A stretch of 64,000 bases of DNA. Origin: an uncultured SAR86 cluster bacterium (lineage in GTDB: Bacteria > Pseudomonadota > Gammaproteobacteria > Magnimaribacterales > D2472). A model generated the notes under the pieces. It was given only the letters and a program-made list of their open reading frames with translations. It made no database searches and was not told where the DNA came from. The DNA lies in contig CABXNE010000002.1 of NCBI GenBank assembly GCA_902513515.1, positions 5,023-69,022 on the forward strand, read 5' to 3'. Numbering within the stretch: the stretch's first letter is position 1; each line of letters begins with the position of its first letter. Positions 54,701-62,824 of this stretch are shown in pieces. Made by a program: the position numbers and the translations under genes.

Positions 54701-56314
54701 ATGGCTAAACCTAATAAAAATTTATCAGAATGGATAGATGTTCTAGATAACTCTGAATCTATGTCTATAACCCTTGGCGAACTTATAGAGACTACTGCGA
54801 AAAAATTTCCTGAGACTGAGGCATTAGTTTACTCAAATCAACCCGGAGTTGATGATATAAGGTGGACTTATAAAGATTTAGATGAAATGTCTACTAATCT
54901 AGCAAAAGCCTTTCTTGATGTTGGATTTAGTCCTGGTGATACTGTTGGTGTTTGGGGTCCGAATCATCCTGAGTGGATTCTTGCTGAATATGCATTGGCG
55001 AAGGCTGGTCTAAGAATTGTTACATTAAATCCCTTATATAAAGAACAAGAATTAATTTTTGCTTTAAATACAGTATCAGCTGTGGCTATAGTTCATGCTG
55101 AAGTAATTGGAGGAGTGAACAGTTCAGATTTGATTAATGTTATAAAGAATGAAATTCCATCTCTTAAATATAACTATACTTTTGATGAAGGCTTAAAAGA
55201 TCTTATTAAACAGGGTAAACAATCAAACTCTTTTTTACCAAAAGTAGATCCGAATGATATTTTTATGATCCAGTATACTTCTGGAACTACCGGTGTTCCA
55301 AAAGCCGCTCAGATGACTCATCAATCTTTAATCACATCCTCCAAAAATAGTCATGTTCGTTGGCAAATAACTGAAAATCAGAGAGTTTGCCATGGTTTTC
55401 CTTTGTTTCACATTGGTGGTTCAGCTTGTATGACGCTCGGGGCTGCAGCAACAGGGGCTGTTTCTTTGCCCTTATACATATTTAAACCAGATGTAACTTT
55501 AGATATTTTACAAAATGAAAATTGTTCTGTGTTCATAGGTGCACCTGTCTTATTAACAGCGATGCTAGAGGTTCCTCATTTCAAAGAATATGATTTGAGT
55601 TCACTGAAATGTTTAATAGTAGGAGGATCTAATCCACCACTTGAGCTTTTGAAGAAATTTTCAGAAGAGTTTGATGCAGATGTTATAAATGGCTATGGCA
55701 TGACAGAAACCTGCGGATTAACTTCTACAGCACTTCCGACTGACCCGCCCGAATTAAAAGCTATTGCAGGACTTGCTTTACCTGGAGTTTCCTTAAAAGT
55801 TGTAAATAAGAAAAATGAAGTTGTGAAAAATGATACTCCTGGTGAATTACTATATAAAGGCCCAGGACTCATGAAAGGCTATGGCAATTTACCTGATGGA
55901 AGCTCAGGAATAAATTCCGATGGTTGGTTTCCAACTGGAGATCTAGCTACTATGAATCAAGATGGATATATCAATATTGTTGGTAGAGCAAAAGAGATGA
56001 TCATAAGGGGCGGTGAAAATCTCTATCCAATAGAAATTGAAAATTACTTGCTTGAACACCCTGGGGTCTTAGAGGTAGCAGTGATTGGTCTGCCTGATAA
56101 AAAATATGATGAAGAATGTTGTGCAGTTGCTAGGGTTGATTCATCAGAGCTAAATAGTCCTGATGAATTAAAAGATTGGTGCAAAGAGAGAATATCGAGA
56201 TGGAAAGTTCCAAGATACATTTTCTTTGTCGACTCTTTTCCAGTAACTCCTTCAGGAAAAATTCAAAAATATAAATTACAAGAAAAATATATTCTTGACT
56301 TAAACCTAAATTAG
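54701..56314 (+). CDS. AMP-dependent acyl-CoA synthetase/ligase
   Basis: AMP-binding motif YTSGTTGVPKA, GYGMTE, TGDLA, and the C-terminal PSGKIQK. Confidence 0.9.
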   Translation: MAKPNKNLSEWIDVLDNSESMSITLGELIETTAKKFPETEALVYSNQPGVDDIRWTYKDLDEMSTNLAKAFLDVGFSPGDTVGVWGPNHPEWILAEYALAKAGLRIVTLNPLYKEQELIFALNTVSAVAIVHAEVIGGVNSSDLINVIKNEIPSLKYNYTFDEGLKDLIKQGKQSNSFLPKVDPNDIFMIQYTSGTTGVPKAAQMTHQSLITSSKNSHVRWQITENQRVCHGFPLFHIGGSACMTLGAAATGAVSLPLYIFKPDVTLDILQNENCSVFIGAPVLLTAMLEVPHFKEYDLSSLKCLIVGGSNPPLELLKKFSEEFDADVINGYGMTETCGLTSTALPTDPPELKAIAGLALPGVSLKVVNKKNEVVKNDTPGELLYKGPGLMKGYGNLPDGSSGINSDGWFPTGDLATMNQDGYINIVGRAKEMIIRGGENLYPIEIENYLLEHPGVLEVAVIGLPDKKYDEECCAVARVDSSELNSPDELKDWCKERISRWKVPRYIFFVDSFPVTPSGKIQKYKLQEKYILDLNLN

Positions 56315-56346
56315 TATTTTTTAACAAGCTGTTTATAATAAATTTT

Positions 56347-57141
56347 ATGGATTATTCAAAATATAAAGAACTCAAAGTAACTAAAGAAAATAGAATTTTA
56401 ACTATTACTATCAATCGTCCTGATGATATGAATGCTGTTAATGAACAGCTACATGCAGATTTTTCAACTATCTTTATTGATGCTGAATATGACGATGAAG
56501 TTGATATAGTGATTTTAACTGGGGCAGGTAAATCATTTTGTGCGGGTGGCGATTTAAAATGGTTGCTAGGAGTGCATGGTGACCCTGTAGCAACTGCATA
56601 TCATATAAACCATGATAGAAAGATTCAAAATGCTATGTTGGATATGGAAAAACCAATTATCGCAAAAGTAAACGGTCCTGCTGTTGGTTTAGGATGTTCT
56701 TTGGCTCTTTTTTGTGATTTTGTATACGCCACTCCAAGATCAAAATTTGCAGATCCTCATGTTTCTGTTGGACTAGTTGCTGGTGATGGTGGTTGTGTTA
56801 TTTGGCCTCAACTTATAGGTTTCGCACGAGCTAAGAAATATCTTCTAACAGGTGAAATGATCAAAGCAGATGATGCTCTTAATATGGGCTTGATAGCAGA
56901 AGTATTTGAAGAAGATAAAATTGACCAAGAGGTCCAAGCTTTGGCTGAAAAACTACGTGATGGAGCTAAATATTCTATTCGCTGGACCAAAACCTCAATA
57001 AATGCAGGTTTGAAAGTTATGGCTAATTCTATAATTGACCGAGCAGCAGCTTTTGAAAATGTTACTCAGTTAATGGAAGATCATAAAATTGCTCTTGAAG
57101 CTTTTGCAAAAAAAGAAACCCCTAAATTTAAACAAAAGTAG
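56347..57141 (+). CDS. enoyl-CoA hydratase/isomerase (crotonase family)
   Basis: ITINRPDDMNA, the oxyanion-hole context GAGKSFCAGGDL, and NGPAVGLGCSLAL. Confidence 0.9.
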   Translation: MDYSKYKELKVTKENRILTITINRPDDMNAVNEQLHADFSTIFIDAEYDDEVDIVILTGAGKSFCAGGDLKWLLGVHGDPVATAYHINHDRKIQNAMLDMEKPIIAKVNGPAVGLGCSLALFCDFVYATPRSKFADPHVSVGLVAGDGGCVIWPQLIGFARAKKYLLTGEMIKADDALNMGLIAEVFEEDKIDQEVQALAEKLRDGAKYSIRWTKTSINAGLKVMANSIIDRAAAFENVTQLMEDHKIALEAFAKKETPKFKQK

Positions 57142-57154
57142 TTAAGGAGACTTC

Positions 57155-57859
57155 TTGAAAAAATTTCTAATTATTACCGGTGGCAGTAGCGGAATAGGCT
57201 TTGCCGCTGCAAAACTTTTTCAAGACAATGGATTTAATATTATTAATCTTTCAAGATCAAAAATTAATCTTGATGATGCTGTTCATATTGAGGTTGATTT
57301 ATCTAGATCCAATTGGCAAGAATCTTTAGAATCAATATTTCAAGAAACATTATCCTCCGCTGATCAAATTTGCTTGGTTCACAATGCTAGTAAAATGCAA
57401 AGTGATAATGTTGAATCGACTGATCCAGATAGTTTAAGAGAGGTTTTAGAGGTAAATTTAGTAGGACCCTCTATCCTTAATAAGATCACTATTCCTTATA
57501 TGAAAAAAGGTTCGTCTATCTTGTATGTTGGCTCAACTCTTTCTGAAAAAGCTGTTCCACAAATGTCATCCTATGTTATGACTAAACACGGAATGATAGG
57601 TTTAATGAGAAGCACATGCCAAGATTTATTTGGAAGATTTATTCATACTGCTTGTATATGCCCAGGCGCAACAGAAACTGAAATGTTGGTCGAATATGTT
57701 CAAGGTAATCAAGAAGCTTTAAAAATAATGGCTTCAACATTAAGTGAAAATAGATTAATTTCATCAGAAGAAATAGCTTCAACCATATTCTTTTGTGCTA
57801 ATAATTCTGTTATCAATGGTTCAGTAATACATGCAAATCTAGGCATTCAAGAATTATGA
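57155..57859 (+). CDS. short-chain dehydrogenase/reductase (SDR)
   Basis: ITGGSSGIG and YVMTKHG (YxxxK). TTG start preceded by AAGGAG. Confidence 0.85.
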   Translation: MKKFLIITGGSSGIGFAAAKLFQDNGFNIINLSRSKINLDDAVHIEVDLSRSNWQESLESIFQETLSSADQICLVHNASKMQSDNVESTDPDSLREVLEVNLVGPSILNKITIPYMKKGSSILYVGSTLSEKAVPQMSSYVMTKHGMIGLMRSTCQDLFGRFIHTACICPGATETEMLVEYVQGNQEALKIMASTLSENRLISSEEIASTIFFCANNSVINGSVIHANLGIQEL

Positions 57860-59022
57860 ATGCATTTCAAGAACCTGAGCATGTATCAATGTTAAGAAAT
57901 ACTCTTAGGCAATTTATTGATAAAGAAATGCCTAGAGAAAAAGTTAATCAATGGGACAAAGATGATCATTTTCCAAGAGATGTTTTCGATAAATTATGTA
58001 AATTAGGGGTAACCTCTCTAACTGTTCCTGTTGAGTACGGTGGCTCTGGAAGAGATATGATGGCAACTATTGCAACTATAGAGGAACTTTGCACCAGGAG
58101 CCTTGGTATAGCGTCTGGCTATATTTTTTGTGCATGTTATGCAGGCTTAAATTTATCTGAAGTTGCAAGCGAGGAACAAAAGAAAAAATTTCTTCCTGAA
58201 GTTGCGAATGGAAATCTTTTATTTTCATATGGAATAAGTGAACCAGACGTTGGAGCAGATGTTGCTAGTGTTAAAACCAAAGCTATACGTGATGGTGATG
58301 AGCTAATAATTAATGGCACCAAACGTTGGTGTTCTGGACCCAATATCACAGATTATATTTATACAATTGTCAGATCAGGTCCTGAGGAAGATCGATATAG
58401 AAATTTATCTTTAGTTCTAATACCACCAACAGCAGATGGAATAATAATAGAACCACAGCAAACTCTTGGTCAAAAAGGCGTAGGAGGAACATGTGATGTA
58501 ACTTTTAACGATGTAAGAATTCCTTTTGAGAATGTAATTGGGGGTGAAGATGGTTGGAATGATGGTTGGAGTAAAATTGTAAGTACTGGCTTGGATGTTG
58601 AAAAAATTGAGGTCTCAGCCATGGCTTTAGGTATAGCAAGAGCCGCAGTTGATGATGCTTGGCAATATTCACAAGAAAGAATTCAATTTGGTAAACCTAT
58701 TTGTCACAATCAATCCATAAGGCATATGCTTGCGGAGGTTAAAACTAAGCTAGAAGCTTGTAGATTAATGACTTATCAAGGAGCATGGTTAGCAGATCAG
58801 AATGTAATAGCAACTGTAGAAATGTCTATGTCAAAATTATTTGTTACTGAAACTGCTCTAGATATAGTTTTAACATGTCAGAGAATTTTAGGGGCTTATG
58901 GGTATGTCAGGGAATTTGATATGGAAAGATATGTTCGTGACATGCTAGCTATGCCTATATTAGGTGGGTCCTCTGCAATCCAAAAAAATAATATTGCCAA
59001 TAGGTTAAATTTACCTAAATAG
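57856..59022 (+). CDS. acyl-CoA dehydrogenase
   Basis: ACAD N/M/C-domain pattern (GISEPDVGADVAS, KRWCSG). The usual MCAD-type YEG catalytic Glu position reads LGG. A Glu sits at the IVD/LCAD-type position (GLDVEK). Confidence 0.9.
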   Translation: MNAFQEPEHVSMLRNTLRQFIDKEMPREKVNQWDKDDHFPRDVFDKLCKLGVTSLTVPVEYGGSGRDMMATIATIEELCTRSLGIASGYIFCACYAGLNLSEVASEEQKKKFLPEVANGNLLFSYGISEPDVGADVASVKTKAIRDGDELIINGTKRWCSGPNITDYIYTIVRSGPEEDRYRNLSLVLIPPTADGIIIEPQQTLGQKGVGGTCDVTFNDVRIPFENVIGGEDGWNDGWSKIVSTGLDVEKIEVSAMALGIARAAVDDAWQYSQERIQFGKPICHNQSIRHMLAEVKTKLEACRLMTYQGAWLADQNVIATVEMSMSKLFVTETALDIVLTCQRILGAYGYVREFDMERYVRDMLAMPILGGSSAIQKNNIANRLNLPK

Positions 59023-59028
59023 TTATCT

Positions 59029-60177
59029 ATGCTGAAAGATAAAACAGCAATTGTAGGGATAGGCCAAACAGAATTTTCAAAATCAATTGATTCAACTGAG
59101 CTCAACCTAGCATGCAAAGCTATAAAAAATGCCTTAGATGATGCTGGTATTAGTCCTGACCAAGTTGATGCATTAGGCAGCTTTACTTACGAAGAAACCC
59201 CTGAATTTGAAATTGCTAGAAATTTAGGTTTTGGTAATTTAACTTATTGGAGTCAGGCACCATATGGAGGAGGGGCAAGTTGTGCAGCAATTGGGCAAGT
59301 TGCTATGGCTATTGCATCAGGAATAGCAAATGTAGGAGTTGTATGGAGATCCCGCAAAAGGGGAGATCCAAGCTCTAGGATGTGGTCTCATACTGATGAA
59401 AGAATTTTTGATCATTGGAAATGGTCTAGACCATCGGGTTTAGTTAGGCCTGTTGATGAATCTTCCATGCTTATTCGTCGTTATATGCATCAGTATGATT
59501 ATTCTAGAGAGAGCCTGGGAGCTGTTGCTATCTCTTTAAGAAAATATGCTAATTCAAACGATGAGGCACTTATGCAACATAAATCCTTAAATTTAGACGA
59601 TTACATGGAAGCACGTATGATTTCTGATCCCTTGTGTTTATTTGATAATTGTTTAGAAAGTGATGGCGCTATTGCAATTATTATTACTAATATGGATATA
59701 GCAAAAAAACTACAGAACAAACCAGCAATTATTCATGCATATTCACAAGGAATGAACAAAGAACATCAATTAATGACCCATTATCATGGAGCTGATCCTC
59801 TCGAAAGCTCTTCTTATGTAACAGCTACAAATTTATGGAATTTATCTGATCATTCACCGAAGGAAATTGATGTTGCACAAATATATGATGCATTCTCCCC
59901 AATGATTCCATTTTCACTTGAGGCTTATAATTTTTGTTCAAAGGGAGAGGCTTTAAAATTAATTAATGAAGGGCTAATTAATATTGATGGCGAACTTCCA
60001 GTTAATACATCTGGAGGGAGCCTTTCTGAGGTCTATTTACATGGAATGAATTTGGTTACAGAAGCAGTTAGACAAATTCGTGGCTCAGCAACCTCGCAGG
60101 TAAATAATGCAAAATTAGCACTTGTTACAACCTGTGATGCTACACCTAACGCTGCTATATTATTAAAAGGTGAATAA
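59029..60177 (+). CDS. thiolase-like lipid-transfer protein (SCP-x/Ltp type)
   Basis: MLKDKTAIVGIGQTEFSK start, and the C-terminal NTSGGSLSEVYLHGMN...VRQIRG typical of Ltp/SCP-x thiolase-like proteins. A DUF35 gene follows immediately. Confidence 0.85.
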   Translation: MLKDKTAIVGIGQTEFSKSIDSTELNLACKAIKNALDDAGISPDQVDALGSFTYEETPEFEIARNLGFGNLTYWSQAPYGGGASCAAIGQVAMAIASGIANVGVVWRSRKRGDPSSRMWSHTDERIFDHWKWSRPSGLVRPVDESSMLIRRYMHQYDYSRESLGAVAISLRKYANSNDEALMQHKSLNLDDYMEARMISDPLCLFDNCLESDGAIAIIITNMDIAKKLQNKPAIIHAYSQGMNKEHQLMTHYHGADPLESSSYVTATNLWNLSDHSPKEIDVAQIYDAFSPMIPFSLEAYNFCSKGEALKLINEGLINIDGELPVNTSGGSLSEVYLHGMNLVTEAVRQIRGSATSQVNNAKLALVTTCDATPNAAILLKGE

Positions 60178-60594
60178 ATGATTGAAACTATACCAATTCC
60201 TGGCATTGAAGATTTTGATAAAGTTTATTGGGAAAATTGTTCTAAAAATAAATTAACCATTCAGCATTGTGGTGATTGCAATGAACCTCGATTTCCACCT
60301 CGACATATGTGTCCTATCTGCCAATCTATCTCTCATGATTGGAAAGAGGACTCAGGAGATGCGGTGTTATGGTCTTTTGTTATACCCAGACCTCCATTGC
60401 TACCTGTATTTGAAAAACAATCTCCTTATGCAGTAGGTTTAGTAGAGCTTGTAGAATATAAAAATATAAGAATTATTGGTCAAATTCAAACAAATTCAAA
60501 CTTAGATTCAATTAAGATAGGTGATAAATTAAAAATTGATTTTAAAAAAATTAATAATAAAATATCTTTACCTTATTGGGTAAAAAATAATTAA
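60178..60594 (+). CDS. DUF35 (Zn-ribbon + OB-fold) protein, partner of the Ltp-type thiolase-like protein
   Basis: CGDCNEPRFPPRHMCPIC ribbon plus OB-fold (YAVGLVEL). The ATG abuts the ltp-like stop (TAAATG). Confidence 0.85.
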   Translation: MIETIPIPGIEDFDKVYWENCSKNKLTIQHCGDCNEPRFPPRHMCPICQSISHDWKEDSGDAVLWSFVIPRPPLLPVFEKQSPYAVGLVELVEYKNIRIIGQIQTNSNLDSIKIGDKLKIDFKKINNKISLPYWVKNN

Positions 60595-60624
60595 TATTTA
60601 TTAACATCAAAGGGGAGAGATGAT

Positions 60625-61818
60625 ATGAAAATTAATTACAATCCTTATTCTCAAGACTTTTGGGATAATTCTTGGTCTATTTATAAAGACCTTAGAGACA
60701 ATGATCCAGTTCATTGCATGGAAGATTTTGGAGGTGCATGGGCATTAAGCAGATTTGAAGATATATGGAATGCCCATCTAGGGTCTTACAAAGATTACAC
60801 ATCTGTTGAAGGAACATCGCCACCTCCTTTATTGCTAGGTGATGATTCGGGTCCGGGTCATATTTCCATTCCAACAAATGATGGTAGAGATCATCGGGAT
60901 TACAGAAATACAATTTCTGACAGATACACACAATCTTCTATTTCAGAATTAGAAGAAAAAATTCGCCAACTAACTATTGACGAGCTAAAGCCATATTTAA
61001 AAAAGGGTAAGGTAGATGTTCATGAGATAGCTAGAAAAGTTTCTTTATTCACAATCACTGACATGATTGGTCTGGATAGAGAGGTTGCTCTAAAAGCACG
61101 GGAGCTTATAGATATATTTTATGAAAGAGATCCAGATATAATGGGCGCAACTCCAAGAGGTCAAGAAGCTTTTGGTCAATGCATGGGACTGATGCTTCAA
61201 TTGGCTTCAGAATGGAGGAAAGACACACCTCCCTCTCCTACACACATAAACACATGGATAACAAAACAAGTAAGAGAAGGCTTGTGGATGTCAGATGAGC
61301 AAATTATGGGCAACACAAGTATGTTGATAATTACTGGCGCTGATACGGTTCCTTATACGATTGCAAACTTGTTTTATTATCTTGATCAAAATCCAGATCA
61401 ACAAGAGATTTTAAAAAATGATCTCTCATTAATACCTGCAGCTTTTGAAGAGACAGTTAGGTTTGATCATCCTACTAACATTTTAGGTAGAAAACTAAAT
61501 AAAGATATGGAATTACATGGTAAAAAGATGAAAAAAGGTGATTCTGTAATTTATTTGTATCAATCGGCTGGAAGAGATGAGAGAGAATTCGATAATCCTG
61601 ATAAATTTAATATTACCAGACCCACTCCCAAGCGAACCATCAGCTTTGGGCATGGTCCACATAAATGTTTAGGTCAGCACTTAGCAAGATTAGAAGGTAG
61701 GGTCATTTTAGAAGAAATTTTTAAAGCCATTCCTGAATACTCACTACAACATAATGAAATGGTAAGAACATTTGGTGAATTTTTACAGGGCTATAGAAAT
61801 ATGCCGATTAAGTTTTAA
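60625..61818 (+). CDS. cytochrome P450
   Basis: Haem-thiolate loop FGHGPHKCLGQHLA, ExxR (EETVRF), and I-helix-like ITGADTV. Confidence 0.95.
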   Translation: MKINYNPYSQDFWDNSWSIYKDLRDNDPVHCMEDFGGAWALSRFEDIWNAHLGSYKDYTSVEGTSPPPLLLGDDSGPGHISIPTNDGRDHRDYRNTISDRYTQSSISELEEKIRQLTIDELKPYLKKGKVDVHEIARKVSLFTITDMIGLDREVALKARELIDIFYERDPDIMGATPRGQEAFGQCMGLMLQLASEWRKDTPPSPTHINTWITKQVREGLWMSDEQIMGNTSMLIITGADTVPYTIANLFYYLDQNPDQQEILKNDLSLIPAAFEETVRFDHPTNILGRKLNKDMELHGKKMKKGDSVIYLYQSAGRDEREFDNPDKFNITRPTPKRTISFGHGPHKCLGQHLARLEGRVILEEIFKAIPEYSLQHNEMVRTFGEFLQGYRNMPIKF

Positions 61819-61832
61819 AGAAGTGGTATCAA

Positions 61833-62318
61833 CTAAGATTTGTCGGTTGTCACTTCATCTATGTAAGATTTCCATTTTTTAGAATCTATCTTCCATGGAG
61901 AATTTATTTTTTTTTCAGTTAAATTAACTCCTGCAATAATTTTTGCAGATGAAACAATTTGATCAGATATTTTTATATCTAAATTGATATTTAAGAATGA
62001 TAATTCATCTGAAACCTTATCTTCACTAATTACATATCCATGGAATTCTAATGTTTCGTTTGGACATATAGGTTTTTTAATCTTGAAACTAACTTTGCCA
62101 ATCCTTGTAGCATCTCCATAAAGATCAGTAACATACTTTATTACCAAACCATTTAATGTGTAATTATTCATAATTATGTTTGGTAAATTGCCTTTATTAA
62201 TAGCCCAGTCTTGATCTGAATGAAGCGGGGCCCAATCCCGACTATAAATAGCACCAGCTTGTATATTTTTTACTGATGTAACAAATTTACTAATAGGTAA
62301 AGCAATTTTAGAACTCAT
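61833..62318 (-). CDS. MaoC-like (R)-hydratase hotdog-fold protein (ChsH1-like partner)
   Basis: YSRDWAPLHSDQDWA is the MaoC dehydratase D-x-N/A-P-x-H-x-D motif context. 161 aa, with a 4-nt overlap with the upstream hotdog gene. Confidence 0.8.
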   Translation of the reverse strand: MSSKIALPISKFVTSVKNIQAGAIYSRDWAPLHSDQDWAINKGNLPNIIMNNYTLNGLVIKYVTDLYGDATRIGKVSFKIKKPICPNETLEFHGYVISEDKVSDELSFLNINLDIKISDQIVSSAKIIAGVNLTEKKINSPWKIDSKKWKSYIDEVTTDKS

Positions 62319-62818
62319 TTTTTATAACCTAAAAAATGCATATTTTGTTTTCCAACAATAATTTCCTTTTGATTAAAATAGGTAACTTCTATAACCCAAT
62401 ATCTTCCATTTCCAAGTTTAGTTGTTACTGGGTCAGTAATACTTAATAATTTTTGATTAGAACTAATTTCATCACCATTTTTAATAGGCTCATAGTATTC
62501 GATTTCAACTTCTGTAACTATTCCAAGTGGTAAATTTAAAACTTCTTTTAAATGAAAATGAAGTTGCATAGGCAGGACTTTTTTTCGATTAGGATGCCAT
62601 TCAAAATCATGAACCCATGAAGGCAGTAATGCTGGGTGGGCTATTAACTCGTCAGTATGTTTAATGGCTTCTGATTCATTCCAATAAATAGGATTACTAT
62701 CTTCAATAGCTGAACAAAAGTTCTGCCAAAGCCCTTTTTGAACCAAAATAGGGCTCGAATCTTCAAATGATATTTTGCCAATTAGTTTTGTTATTTCTTT
62801 AGGCAATTCAGCTTGCAT
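62315..62818 (-). CDS. MaoC N-terminal-type hotdog-fold protein (ChsH2-like core, no DUF35 domain)
   Basis: FCSAIEDSNPIYWNESEA resembles the FAS1-DH/MaoC-N-terminal family. 167 aa, directly between an ACAD and the MaoC-like gene. Confidence 0.7.
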   Translation of the reverse strand: MQAELPKEITKLIGKISFEDSSPILVQKGLWQNFCSAIEDSNPIYWNESEAIKHTDELIAHPALLPSWVHDFEWHPNRKKVLPMQLHFHLKEVLNLPLGIVTEVEIEYYEPIKNGDEISSNQKLLSITDPVTTKLGNGRYWVIEVTYFNQKEIIVGKQNMHFLGYKK

Positions 62819-62824
62819 AATTAT

